Positions 36,394 through 48,822 of a stretch of DNA of 64,000 nucleotides are shown here, piece after piece; the stretch's first letter is position 1, and each line of letters begins with the position of its first letter. The notes under the pieces were generated by a model that was not told the DNA's origin, ran no database searches, and saw only the letters and a list, made by a program, of their open reading frames with translations. The stretch covers positions 4,650,001 through 4,714,000 of the forward strand of contig CM059432.1 of the NCBI GenBank assembly GCA_030390025.1, in the 5' to 3' direction. Position numbers and translations under genes: made by a program. The DNA is from Squalus acanthias. Taxonomy: Eukaryota.

Positions 36394-38296
36394 CTATTTG
36401 TGCAGTATCTTTCTCTTACGCGTGCTCCTACGTGGTGCTTCCCCTGTGGCTTCAGCAGAGGTGGAGGCGCCCTGCTCAGTTTGTTGCTGCTCCTGTCTCG
36501 ACACCTTTGGCGGGCGTCCTCTGGGGTTACGAACCTGCGAGGGCTCGGCAACAGTCTGCTGCTCCTGCGGCTGGGCAGGGGTTGAGACGCCTATCTCAGT
36601 TGGGTGCGGACTCTGGTGGGGCTCTGACCGAGAACTTGTCAGTGGCATGGAAGTGTGAGCGCTTGGAGAGGAGCCCACACCTCCTTGTTGTCTGCAACCA
36701 ACATCCCTCTCATGGGTCAGGTCCACCTCCGCGCTTGCAAGTGGATTGAGAGCACCTTGCTGCACATCGGGGGGCCATGGGGACCCGTATCTGCACTGGC
36801 AGTCCTACTCAGAAGGACTTCCATGAAGGTCTGGTTTCTCTGTTCAATAGATGTCTATCGCTCCTCCAGAGATGTCATTCTATTCAGAACACTCACCATG
36901 TTTTCTGCACTCTGGCGACTTATCACCTCCATGGAGGTTGCCATCCTTTCCATGGTGATGCGTTCATGCGCCAATGACTCCACAAAGGCTCTGCTCATGT
37001 TTGCTATGGACTCCTCCATTCGCTCCACACTCGCAGCGACCCTGGAGACAAAACCTGTCAGAGACTCCTGCATCTGTTCCTGGAGTCCCAGCACCGCTGA
37101 TCTTATGGATGGACCCAGAGGCAGAGGGTCGACATGCAGCTGTGCCGAGCTAGGAGAGTCCTGCGCCCTCCAACGAGGACTCTCCATTGCTGTCCCTGTC
37201 TCCACCATCTGCTGATGCTCACTTGTGAGCTGTGATACACCAGGTGACAACACTACTCTATGTCCCGAGGGTCCCACCGAGGTGTGAGTCTCTGCGCTGG
37301 TGCTGGGTGTGCTGAATTCTGCTGACGCTGCGCCCTCAGAGGTTGCAGCTTCCTCTGAGGAGTCTGGATGCTCAGGCTGGTCCTCCTGGCTAGTGGGGAC
37401 GGGTGCTTGCGATGGTCCTGTGGGGGAGTAAAGGAAAGAGTCAGAGATGTGATGCCAAGGTTACATGATCATAAATCCATCTGTTAGAGCTTCAGATTCA
37501 TTATCAGCAACTCATGCAATGTCAATGAGAGAGATGGAACACTATTCAGTCACCAGCTTGCTGTGATGCACCCGTCTGTCCATCCCCCACTTGTGTATCG
37601 CCCTCCACTCCCACGATCTCTAGGACCGCATCCTCCCAGGGGGTAAGCTGGGCTAATGAGGGTGGGCCTCCTCCTGTCCTGGCTCTTTCCCTTTTATTGT
37701 GAGCTCTCTTTTCCTGCAATGAGGGAGACAAGTGGAGTTTGAGTGAGATTGAAGGAGTGAGTGTAGAGAGTCCATAGCATAGATGCTTAGAAGGAGACAA
37801 AGATGGAGTGAGGTGGTGAGACCAAGGGCCCTCCCTGTGTGTTGTAAGTTGTTTTCATAGCATGACAGCGACAGGGAGTGTGAGGGCTGCATAGTCGAAT
37901 AGTAAGGTGAATGTGACCATAGAGGGAGAGGGAATGGGTAAGGGTGCATGGATGTCAGTGTCAAGTGGGATATGGAGGAAGAGGTTGCTAAAGCTGAGTG
38001 CTGGTAAGGAGAGGCAATGGGGATCAGATTGAGGGTGAAGGGAAAGTCATACTCACTTTTGCAGTGCGTAGAAGGTAATGAAACCTCTTCCTGCACTGGA
38101 GCCAGGTTCTGCAGGTGATGGATAAAGAGTTGACCTCCTGGGCGACCTGGACCCACACAGCCTTGGTCTGCTGTGGAGGCTTCTTCCTCCCTGAGGAAGG
38201 GAAGAGCACCTCTCTGTTGGCTCTTGCTCCCTCCACTAAAGCTTGCAGGGCAATGTCATCGAACCTGGGAGCAGACCTGGGTCTTTGGCTGGCCAT
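36394..38296 (-). pseudogene. Harbinger Myb/SANT-like DNA-binding protein, 3 exons (38296-38057, 37713-37554, 37417-36394)
   Basis: RSAPRF..W..VAQEVN..RTWLQCRKRF and RTGGGPP motifs; GT-AG introns with matching phases (0, 1); stop at 36855 and a frameshift; basic C-terminus RRSTRKRK. Confidence 0.85.
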
Positions 38297-38575
38297 TCCT
38301 CCTGCAGTTGCCTCTAAGATACAAGCCCAAAAGCTTGGCAGTCTGCAGAAGAAGCAAGGCTTGTTGCAGACCTTAAATGCAGCAGCAATGATGACGTCAT
38401 CGGAGGCGACTTTCAGACTGGAATAACTCATTGGCCATGGATTCCCACACGTTGGAACTCAATTGGCCAATTAAGTTAAAATCGCATCACTCTCCCACAT
38501 CGATCTAGATTCGGGTGGGCAACACGAAAAGCGGATAACACGACCCCAACCCGCCCCAGTATCAAAATCCAGCCC

Positions 38576-40165
38576 ATAGAGTCATAACGGCACAGAAGGA
38601 GACCATTCGGCCCATCAAGTCCATGCCGGCTCTCTGTTGAGAAAACCAGTCAGTCCGATTCCCCCGTTCTATCCCCGTAGCCCTGTAAGTTTATTTCCCT
38701 CAAGTGCCTATCCAGTCTCCCCTTGAAAACATTGAGTGTCTCCACTTCCACCACTTCCGTCGGCAGCAAGTTCCAGGTCCTCACCACTCGCTGCGTAAAA
38801 AGTTTTTCTTCACATCTGTAGGGGGTGGTGGTTTGTGTCAGCTTCACCTCTGACTTCTGAGCGGTTCGAATCGCTCCCACTCCCTTGGTTCTAGACCTTG
38901 GACTTATTTGGGGGTTGTGACAAAAAGTGCAGCAGACAACTGGTTTTGATGCAAGAACTTTGATCTTTATTCAAGAGAGTAAAACACAACACAAACACTC
39001 TTAACACTCTAAAAGTGGGGAACACTTCGGTACAAGCGAGGGAAATAACATTAGAAGAATACTTCACCCCTCCCAATCCCACTTCACCAGCTAGGTTGGA
39101 CTCCAGAGGACCAGGGATGATACTCACCAGAATCCTTGACGGTTAGGTTAGTTCGCGGTTTTGAGGTTCGCTCTATATGTTGTTTGGTGTCTGCCGTACC
39201 CCGTCCACGGTAGAGGACTTCAACTGTGTATCTGGTCAGTCTTCGCGAGTCCGCTGATGCAGTAGGGTGCGTATTGGACCTATCAGGTGAGTACCCACTT
39301 TTCTTTGGTTTAGAAGTAGGGTTTAGAGTTTTTTAGGGAAAATCTTACCCAGGGGTAAGTCAGGAGTAAATTTGCCACTTAATCGTAGTTGATGGTTCCC
39401 AAGTTTTGGGTTTCTTGACTGGGCGTGGGATTTCTATAGAGTAGGCCGAAGTGATCTGTTTTATGCATGTTTTGATGGGCTCTGTAAATTGGGGTGAAGA
39501 CTGTTTTTCCTCGGGTTTATTGTAAGGATGTTAATGTCTGATAGGGGCCGATTTAACTCCCAGCGAGGTCATGCGGTTCCCCAGACAGTTTGCTTTAATT
39601 CCAATATCCAAACTGGTTTAACAGATGTTGACCCCACCTTCCTCTACAGCCTTTTCTCCCTTACAAGTCCAGACATGTCTTTTAAAATACCAAATCTTGG
39701 TTTTTGCTCTATAATGTCCTTCGGTTAGGCCCAATGCATTTCACCACCCTGTAATAGTTAGGAAAAGAGTCTCAAGTCTTTTTCCTTAGGGTTTGTCTTC
39801 GAGTTTTGGGGGATCTGTGAATTTTGAGAATCTTACACATCCCCCCCTGTATCTCTTGCCTAAAACCTTAAATCTGTGTCCCCTAGTCCTTGTGCCATCA
39901 ACTAGTGGGAACAGCCTTTCCCCGTCTAGCCTATCCAAACTCGTCATAATCTTGTACACCTCTATCAAATCACCCCTCAACCTCCTTTGCTCTAATGAAA
40001 ACAAATCCAGCTTCTCCAAACTGTCCTGGTAGCTAAGATCCCCCATCCCCGGAACCATTCTGGGAAATCTCCTCTGCACCCTCTCAAGAGCCTTCACATC
40101 CTTCCTGAAGTGTGGTGACCAGAACTGGACGCAATACTCCAGTTGTGGCCTAACCAGTGCTTTAT
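38576..40165 (-). mobile_element. CR1 3' fragment split by a solo LTR
   Basis: LYKALVRPQLEYCVQFWSP; same subfamily as 63453-63906. Confidence 0.85.
38817..39837 (-). repeat. Solo LTR, family S2 (1021 bp)
   Basis: TGTA..TACA ends, 4-bp TSD CATC, minus-strand AATAAA near 38966; CR1 is contiguous on both sides. Confidence 0.85.
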
Positions 40166-40614
40166 ATAGCAACTTTAATGTAGTAAAACATCCCAAGGTG
40201 CTTCACAGGAGCGATTATCAAAAAAAAAATTGACACCGAGCCACATAAGGAGATATTAGGACAGGAAAGAGGTGGGTTTTAAGGAGTGTCTTAAAGGAGG
40301 AGAGAGAGGCGGAGAAGTTTAGGGAGGGAATTCCAGAGCTTAGGGCCCACCCAGCTGAAGGCAGGGATGGGCAGGAAATGTCAGCCTTGCCTGCGATGCC
40401 CACATCTCGGGAATTAATTTTTTTAAAAATATTTCAGTGAAGTAAGAGGCGTGCATTCCTGTGATAGGGATACGTAGCCAGATCGTGATAGTCTTACAGG
40501 GATGAGAGAGGCAATCCTGTGATGACATTGTGACTGATGCTATTTGGTACCAGTCAAAATGACAGCAGTGTTTTGCATAAGCTGAACTGTTCCACCTACA
40601 TCTCGAGCATCTCC

Positions 40615-40715
40615 CAGTGCTGTCGAAAGGTCACCGACCAGAAACGTTGACTCTGTTTCTCTCTTCACAGATGCTGCCTGACCTGCTGAGTATTCCCAGC
40701 GTTTTCTGTTTTTAC
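40615..40715 (+). mobile_element. Penelope family 1 terminus fragment with a degenerate hammerhead
   Basis: CTGTCGAAAGGTCACCGACCAGAAACGTTGACTCTGTTTCTCTC. Confidence 0.65.
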
Positions 40716-40774
40716 TATAGAGACAAGAGATGCAGGCTATTGGGGTACAATTTACAATTAGAAGTCTTCCTTGT

Positions 40775-41510
40775 GGCCCGGAATTGGCGGTCAGCGGCGA
40801 AGCGAAGGCATTCCCCGCCGGCCCCCCCGAAGTACGCTGCGCACAAGGACCTCGCGGTTCTTGTGTCGAGAACTTCAGGTTTTCCGACCTTCGGTTCAAA
40901 TCAACGGACTGTAGTGGGGGATCCCCATGCGCGAGCTGCTGCTGTGACGTCAACAGGTTCTCTAAGCAGCCAATCAAAATAAAATAGTTAGAGAGGGTAA
41001 AACAAAAACTGGGGCTCTCACATGGGGAAAGGCAAAGCTGAAATAAAGAGGGACAAACTTAAAAACAAAAATTGTAATTATTTTTTGAAAAGTTTCTTAA
41101 AAATTTTAATTTTTATTAAAATGGACACCTTTCACCCTGCGCAAAATAAAAATTTGTTTTTCAGGCCCTTAACCTTTGTTTAGCAGTCAATGCGCTGCTA
41201 AAACCCCAGTTACACCTAATCCCTGTGGGTCTAACTTTTAGTGGGGAATTTGACAGCGTAATTGTTGCGGAAGAGCCGAAGTTTTCGGTAGTTTCCCTGA
41301 TTTACGAGATTTCACTGTTTTCCAGCTCTGTGTGGGGGGCGGGGTGGGGGCGCGGGGTGGGGGGAGGTACAGCGCCACCTGTGTCGGAGCGGTCAATGAC
41401 AGACCGCAACTTCGGGATTCCCGCATGCGCCAGCGCCAAATCCCGGAGTTGCGGTCAGTTTCAAAGGCAGAATGACGGCGTACTCTCGCACCGACCCCAG
41501 ATTCAGGGCC
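40775..41510. mobile_element. MITE related to 30307-32448, inverted
   Basis: GGCCCGGAATT..ATTCAGGGCC ends; internal homology. Confidence 0.7.
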
Positions 41511-41879
41511 TTCATAGCATATATTAAACTTAATTAGAGTTAGAAAGGTGCATTTAATGATGCACTAGATTCCCTTGTGGTGAGGCTCCACTCGAGCGGA
41601 AGGCAGTGTGAGTGCTAATTAGTTCATGTTGGCGTGCTGCAGATTAAAATATTTATACTCAGAGTCTTCGTTTTGAATTAACTTTAAGGAAAACAGTCGC
41701 AGTTTATTCAAATATGGCTCGACAAAATCTTCACCAAAACATAAAGGGGCAAAAATTCGGTCGTGCCCCCTTTGGGTCGCTAACTTTGCCGCGGCGTTAC
41801 TTTTAGCCTCCCTCCAACCCTCTCCCGCCCATCATGGGAGGGGTTTAATATCGAGACCATTGTATTTCTTCAAGTTTTT

Positions 41880-42375
41880 TTTAATTTGTTTATGGGATGT
41901 GGGCGTCGCTGGCAAAGCCAGCATTTATTGCCCATCCCTAATCGCCCTCGAGAAGGTGGTGGTGAGCTGCCTTCTTGAACCGCTGCAGTCCGTGTGGTGA
42001 AGGTGCTCCCACAGTGCTGTTAGGGAGGGAGTTCCAGGATTTTGAGCCAGCGATGATGAAGGATCGGCCGATATATTTCTAAGTCAGGATGGTGTGTGAC
42101 TTGGAGGGGATCTTGGAGGTGGTGGTGTTCCCCTGCGCCTGCTGCCCTTGACCTCCTAGGTGGTAAAGGTCGTGGGTTTGGGAGGTGCTGCCGAAGAAGC
42201 CTTGGCGAGTTGCTGCAGTGCATCTTGTAGATGGTACACACTGCAGCCACGGTGCGCCGGTGGTGGAGGGACTGAATGTTTAAGGTAGTGGATGGGGTGC
42301 CGATCAAGCGGGCTGCTTTGTCCTGGATGGTGTCGAGCTTCTTGAGTGTTGTTGGAGCTGCACCCATCCTGGCAA
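41880..42375 (-). mobile_element. CR1-clade 3' fragment, second subfamily
   Basis: TTLKKLDTIQDKAARLIG..SPRLLRQHLP. Confidence 0.85.
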
Positions 42376-42839
42376 GTACAACCTGGATTTTGTGAATTAA
42401 TCAATCAGTCGTGGGATCGAGGCTCACAGAATGAATTGTTTTTTTGTGTGACTTTCGATACAAAGGGAAAATGTCGTTTAACCATTGGCTTCTGCCAGCA
42501 GTGTCTCTGATACTTTGAATGCCAAGTCTATGAGAAATGAAGCATTACATTCAAGAAGAAGTCAACCGTTAAAGCCTTAGGACTCTGAAAACATTATATG
42601 AGATTTATTCTGTTTGTGATAGTTAATTACCAGGCTTCAAGCAAGCATAGTTACTAGCCAATGATTAGAATGGTATTTTAAGTTAAGCCTAGGGGGTAGA
42701 GATTCTCGTGGGGATTCTCCTGATTTCTCAGGATAAGGGGTCAGCCATTTAGGACTGAGATGAGGAGGAATTTCTTCACTCAGAGGGTGGTGAACCTTTG
42801 GAATTCTCTGCCTCAGAGAGCTGTGGATGCTGAGTCATT

Positions 42840-43524
42840 GGGCTGGATTTTCATTGACCCGTGGAGGTGGGCTGGAGGCGTGTGGGGGGTTAAAATTGCG
42901 AAAACTGCCGGGCGGGCACAGGCCCGCCTCCATCCCGCCTCCACGCAATTTTCATGAAATCGTGTCTGCTGGTCCCGACTCCGTCCCACCTCTAAGAGGC
43001 GGGATAGGCTGTTAAGGCCCTTAACAAGCGCTAAATTGCCTCTATAATGCCATTTTGAAAGGCCTTTGTGATTTTAACCCTTTTTCTACGTGATGCACGC
43101 CTGTTCTGAACCACGAATGTGAAACCTGGCGGGAGCACATTTGGATTGCTGACTATCGCTGGCTGGCTGGCTATGGGGATGCATATATGGATGGCTATGT
43201 GGATGGATGCATATATGGATGGATGCGGAGGAGACATATCTGGGAGCAGACTTAGGGCTGCTGCTGCTCATTTTGCATCCAGGTCCTCTCACAGCAAAGG
43301 CCAGGCAGTCTCTGAAGACCTTCAATGCAGTAGCAATGATGACATCATCAGAGGTGACTTTCAGACTGAAAACACTAATTGGTTCATGGGTTCCCACATG
43401 CTGGAACTCAATTGCCCAATTAGGTGAAAATTGCATCAGTCTCCCACATCCAATTGCAGTCGGGTGGATAACACGAAATGCGGATGACACGACCCCAACC
43501 CGCCCCAGTATCAAAATCCAGCCC
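42840..43524 (+). mobile_element. Non-autonomous deletion derivative of the 34351-38575 Harbinger family, inside a CR1 3' end (about 42730-43705)
   Basis: Same TIRs, TSD ATT, both subterminal regions homologous. Confidence 0.92.
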
Positions 43525-44009
43525 ATTGAGTATATTCAAGACAGAGATCGATAGATTTTTGGACTCTAGAGGAATCGAGGGATATGGTGATCGGGCGGGA
43601 AAGTGGAGTTGAGGTCGAAGATCAGCCATGATCTTATTGAATGGCAGAGCAGGCTCGAGGGGCTGTATGGCCGACTCCTGCTCCTAATGCTCATGTTCTT
43701 ATGTACCTCTGGAGGAAGACTGGCAAAACTCCAGAGGAACAACGTAAATGACAGGGTCTCTGCCAATCGTCCACTAAAGGTACAGCAGGAGCTCAGGAGA
43801 AGAAGCCCCCCTGGATTCAGCCCCATTGCCTCAAATGATTATAACTGCATATATTGGCAAAGCAATTTTGTTAAGGCATAGTGCCAGCATTTACCATGAA
43901 CAAATATGTTAGTTAATATTTTTAGTTAGACAGGCAGGACTTGTTTCTACAATAACCCATTGTTAGTGGAGCGTGAAGCCTGCAGGATCGAACGGATACG
44001 CCTTATTAC

Positions 44010-44740
44010 AGCGCTCTCGCCCCTCAGTTGTGGATTCAAGTCCCACTCCAGGAACTTGACCACTAAATCTCGGCTGGCACTCCCAGTGCGGTTCGGGGGA
44101 GTGCTGCACTGTCTTTCGGATGCGGCCTTAAACCGATGCCCTAGCTGCCCTCTCAAATGGATGTAAAAGATCCCACCGCACTGCTTCGTAGGAGTGCGCC
44201 CCAGTCTCCTGGGGCCAATATCCAGCCCTCAGCCAACACCTGAAAACAGATTATTTGCTCATTATCACATTGCTGTGTGTGGGATCATGCTGTGCACAAA
44301 TATTCTGCCACGTCTCCTACATTACAACAGTGATTACACTTCAAAAGTACTTCATTGGCTGTAAAGTGCTTTGGGATGTCCGGTAGTCACTGTTGTAATG
44401 TAGGAAACGCGGTAGCCAATTTGCGCACAGCAAGCTCCCACAAACAGCAATGAGATAAAGACCGGATGGTCTGTTTGTTTCATGCTGTTGGTTCAGGGAT
44501 AAATATTGGCCAAGGCCACCTCTGCTTTGCTTCGAAATAGTGCTGTGGGATCTTTTACATCCACCTCAGAGGGCAGGCGGCGCCTCGGTTGAACATCTCG
44601 TCCGAAAGACGGCAGCTCCGACAGGGCAGCACTCCCTCAGCACTGCCCCTCCGACAGTGCAGCGCTCCCTCAGCACTGCCCCTCCGACAGTGCAGCGCTC
44701 CCTCAGCACTGCACTGGGAGCATCAGCCTGGATTATGTGA
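44010..44740. mobile_element. Two DeuSINE-like copies, tail to tail (+ about 44010-44385, - about 44385-44740)
   Basis: B-box-like GGATTCAAGTCC and the Deu-like core; 33-bp tandem repeat at about 44634-44711. Confidence 0.65.
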
Positions 44741-44955
44741 CCGACACACAAGTCCTGCAGAGTCAGCCCTGCCCACGGTTGTCAAAGTCACCAGCTCATC
44801 GATCTTTTATGGCACCAGTTCAGTTCAAGCCAACACTGTTGACATTTGCCAGCTGAGTCAGACACCCTTTCACAGCTGAATCAAGCAGGTCACTGCAACT
44901 TTGTTTATCAGGGACAACACATAAGTCACTTTCCCCATGGAATAAAGGGAACAAC

Positions 44956-44992
<37 letters not shown>

Positions 44993-45169
44993 TGCGAAAC
45001 TTCATCCATGTGGCTGGAGTCCTGAAAGTCCACGCCATAATTGATGGCAACCACATTAGCAATCAGAGTGCCTAACAATAACACGGTGCCATATATAAGT
45101 CGGAGAAAATGTAATTTTGTCAATATCCAAGTCTCAGACTACCACACCAGAATAATGGCCCCGAAATAA

Positions 45170-45670
45170 TACAGTTACATAGTATTTACAGCACAGGCCA
45201 CTCGGCCCACCTGCTCCGTGCCGGTGTTTCTGCTCCACACGAGCCTCCTCCCACCCCTACTTCATCTCACCCCATCAACATATCCTTCTATTCCTTTCTC
45301 CCTCATGTGTATATCTAGATTCCCCTTAAATGCATCTGTGCTATTCGCCTCAACCACTCCCTGTGGTAGCGAGTTCCACATTCTCACCACTCTCTGGGTA
45401 AAGAAGTTTCTCCTGAATTCCCTCTTGGATTTATTAGTGACTGTCTTATATTTATGGTCCCTTGTTCTGGTATCGCCCGCAAGTACAAACATCTTCTCTA
45501 CGTCTACCCTATCAAACCCTTTCATAATCTTAAAGACCTCCATTAGGTTACCCCTCAGTCTTCTCTTTTCCAGAGAAAAGACCCCCAGCCTGTTCAATCT
45601 TTCCTGATAGTTATACCCTCTTGGTTCTGGTATCATCCTTGTAAATCTTTATTACACCTTCTCCAGCGCG
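45170..45670 (-). mobile_element. CR1 3' fragment
   Basis: RRNFFTQRVVRMWNSLPQ. Confidence 0.88.
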
Positions 45671-47038
45671 TCTTTTTGTCTGTCCTCTGCCTCAGGAGAA
45701 TCGTTCGCCAACTTCAATTAGGTCTCTCCATCTCAATGGGTTCTCTCTCTTTTCCTCCAATTTGATCACACAACCTCTCTCCCTCTCTTTTCTTCCCTTT
45801 CTCTCCACTCAACAGGTTCTCTCGCTCTATTTCTCTTCCCCACGCCCAAATAGGGTCTCTCTCCCTTTCTCTCTCTCTCTCTCTCTCTCTCTGTTTCTTT
45901 CCCTCTCCTACCGCAACAGAGTGACTCACGTGGGACAATCGAGGGAGTGACATATTGAAGCCTTGGTAGAAACAACAGGTGCGCTCTTGCGTACTTATGA
46001 ATCAAGGTGAAGCCATCTATCTCCACCCTGGAAACAATAAACAATAAAGCCGACAAGCCTCTAGGCACTCGACCTAACTAATCCTTACAATAGTGATTAA
46101 AAACACTGAGGAACAACACTTCAAGGCTGGAAAAAAATCTTTGCTAAATTTGAGATTAGTTTGTGAGTTTTAATATGTTATATAACAAATGTTATTTTGG
46201 GGGATTTACAGTATGGTGCATCATGGTAGCTGCATCTTAATGGTTTTTGCTGGAATGTGACTGAGTGACAAAAAAATTGGCTTAAATATGATTGAGAAGA
46301 AAATTGAGATGGGGGGGGCAAAGATTTTGTATAACATCATTGGTGAATAATGTAAAAAGCACCATCGACTTAACCATGAAGGCGGAAAAGAATTGGTCGA
46401 GAGGCTCTGATGGTCATGGTATTAATAATAGACACAAAAACACAGAAATTCCACTGTTAATAGGGCAGAACCCTCGTGGACTCGGAGCAGAAGGGAAGGA
46501 AATTGGAGAGAAACTTGCTTAACCAGAGGAAGTTGCAGCTCATCCAGGACTGGATGTCGGACAAGCAGTCTGACAACACAGAGGCCATGGAGGGGTCGAG
46601 AGAGGTGGTGGTGGTGGTGGTGGTGAGGTAGAGCTGGGTGGCTTCTGTCATTGGAATCATAGGATCACACCGCACAGAAGGAGGCCATTCGGCCCATCGT
46701 GCCTGTTGCTGGCTGTTTGAAAGAGCCGCCCAGTTAGTCCCAGTCACCTGTTCTTTCCCCGTAGCCCAGCAAATTTCTCCTTTTCGGAAGTGGGGTGAGT
46801 GCGTAAATGGGTCCCGCACCAAATGTCACCCCCGCTCACGTAATGGTAGCTTTGCTTCCCCCCGCCCCCCTCGCCCCCCAAGCCGAAGAATTTGTTACTG
46901 CTGCATTTTTCTATTTTAAGAATGATCAGCTGGCAAAAATGGTGCGTTTTCTGTTACGAGAACTGAGAGGTTGAACAGGCTGGAGCTCTTTCCTCGAGAG
47001 AAGAGAAGGGTGAGAGGTGACCTGATAGAGATCTTTAA

Positions 47039-47248
47039 TGTGAGAAGTCGCACAACACCAGGTTATAGTCCAACAGTTTTATTTGAAATCACAAGCTTTC
47101 GGAGTTGCTGCTACTTCGGCACTTCACCTGAGGAAGGAGCAGCCTCTCCGAAAGCTTGTGATTTCAAATAAAGCTGTTGGACTATAACCTGGTGTTGTGC
47201 GACTTCTCACATTTGTCCACCCCAGTCCAACACCGGCATCTCCGCATC
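47039..47248. mobile_element. Fold-back Penelope-terminus insert (family 2) in a CR1 fragment
   Basis: Inverted repeat arms; 12-bp TSD AGAGATCTTTAA; homologous to about 53664-53755. Confidence 0.85.
47124..47161 (+). ncRNA. Minimal hammerhead ribozyme (Penelope family 2)
   Basis: TCAC-CTGAGGA-A-GGAG cagcct CTCC-GAAA-GCTT-GTGA. Confidence 0.75.
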
Positions 47249-47266
47249 AGAGATCTTTAAGGTTAT

Positions 47267-47535
47267 GGCCCGGATTTTCCGATCGGAGGCTTCCCGATTG
47301 CGGATGCCTCCGATCTGGAAAAAAATCTACGAGCTTACCTGCTGGCTGCGTAGGTCCGGACACTTCCGCTCCTGGGCCTCTCCTGGTGTCCGCGCGCGCA
47401 GAGGCCCAGGTATCCCAAGGGGCACAGGCGGTTCGCAAGCGTCCCTGGGATCACATGGGCGATGGGGCACTTGCGAGGCCCCTACGGGTGGGTACACAGC
47501 GCATACACACCCATAGGCATCAGAAAATACGGGTC
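47267..47535. mobile_element. Short MITE
   Basis: TIR GGCCCGGATTTTC/GAAAATACGGGTC, TSD TAT; CR1 resumes afterwards. Confidence 0.7.
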
Positions 47536-47766
47536 TATGAAAGGGTTCAATAGGATAGACGTAGAGAAGATGTTTGCACTTGTGGGCGAGACCAGAACTC
47601 GGGGTCATAAATTTAAGATAATCACTGTTGGCTTCACTCCCAGACATCGCGCTCCTAACCTTCAGTGGAAGTGGGTGAGCGCAGGCGACATATACAGGAA
47701 AATTGAGTCCAACGAGTGCTAGATCTACAGTCGTCGGTTTCAGCGCCTGCAAGCATGCTTAAGTCA

Positions 47767-48222
47767 GTGTCAGCTGTGGCTCTGTGGGTAGCACCCTCGC
47801 CTCTGCGTCAGAAGGTTGTGGGTTCAAGTCCCACTCCAGCGACCTGAGTGCGTAATCCTAGGCTGACACTCCCAGTGCAGTGCTGAGGGAGCGCCGCACT
47901 GATCGAAGGTGCTGCTTTTCAGATGAGACGTTAAACCGAGACCCCGTCTGCCCCTCAGGTGGACGTAAAAGATCCCACGGCCACTATTTTGAAGAAGAGC
48001 AGGGGAGTTCTCCCTTGGGGCCAGTATTTATCCCTCAATCAACATCACTAAAACAGATGATCTGGTCATTATCATATGGTTCTTTGTGGGAGCTTGCTGC
48101 ACGCAAATTGGCTGCCGCATTTCCCACATTACAGCAGTGACTGTACTTCATTGGCTGTAAAGGGCTTTGGGACGTCCAGTGGTCGTGACAGGCGCTACAG
48201 AAATGCAAGTCTTTCCTTTTTT
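47767..48222 (+). mobile_element. tRNA-derived DeuSINE-like SINE, full length
   Basis: A-box TGGCTCTGTGG, B-box GGTTCAAGTCC, Deu-like core, L2-like tail. Confidence 0.8.
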
Positions 48223-48429
48223 TTATGATAATCATCAATTAGCTCAAAAATTGGGTGCTAAATCCAGACTTTCAATGAGGCGTTTCTTAATAGGGCAGCA
48301 CCCATTTAGTGTCTGATTTCACCCTTTGGCCAAAATAGTCCTTTTCCACTGAGCTCTGTCCAAATTATCTAAGTCTGGGTTTTTTTTAAAAGCAAAATTT
48401 CTCATTCGCATCAGCTTTTCACTGGAAAT

Positions 48430-48822
48430 CCACCCAATGAATCTGTGAAGGGAAATCAGCCAGGGAACCGTTCCGCCAACTCCCTGCTGGTTGTCTCCAC
48501 TTCCAGGACGTTCTCGCCAGAAATAACAACGTTCCTAGATGCTTCACAGGAGTGGCAGCATCCACCGTTAACCGTCTCAGAACCGGTCATGGTCGATGCT
48601 GCCACCTTCTCCAGCGGTGGAAGATTGAAGCATCCCCATCATGCGACTGTGGAGCTCCTGATCAGACCCTGGAGCACATCATTGAGCACTGCCCTCAAAG
48701 AGGAAATTCACAGGCAGCCTACAAGATAGCCATGCTGTTACACCGGAAGCTTTGGCCTGAATATCCGACTCAGATATTGACACTTGATTTTGCTTTGCTG
48801 CTACCATACGAAAGAAAGAAGA
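48430..48822 (+). mobile_element. Non-LTR retrotransposon 3' end (Vingi/Ingi-like by inference)
   Basis: NRLRTGHGR..SPSCDCGAPDQTLEHIIEHCP CCHC knuckle followed by a GAAA/GAA tail. Confidence 0.65.

Larger units (their letters stand above)
34351..38575 (+). mobile_element. PIF/Harbinger DNA transposon, near full length (4.2 kb)
   Basis: 12-bp TIR GGGCTGGATTTT/AAAATCCAGCCC, TSD ATA, convergent transposase and Myb/SANT genes. Confidence 0.95.

Noticed and set aside
34881..38296. Domesticated host genes HARBI1 or NAIF1/MSANTD
   Set aside because: Both genes lie between TIRs with a TSD, carry stops, and have MITE derivatives nearby, so this is a transposon.
44634..44711. CRISPR-like repeats
   Set aside because: This is a 33-bp tandem slippage repeat without spacers inside a eukaryotic SINE.
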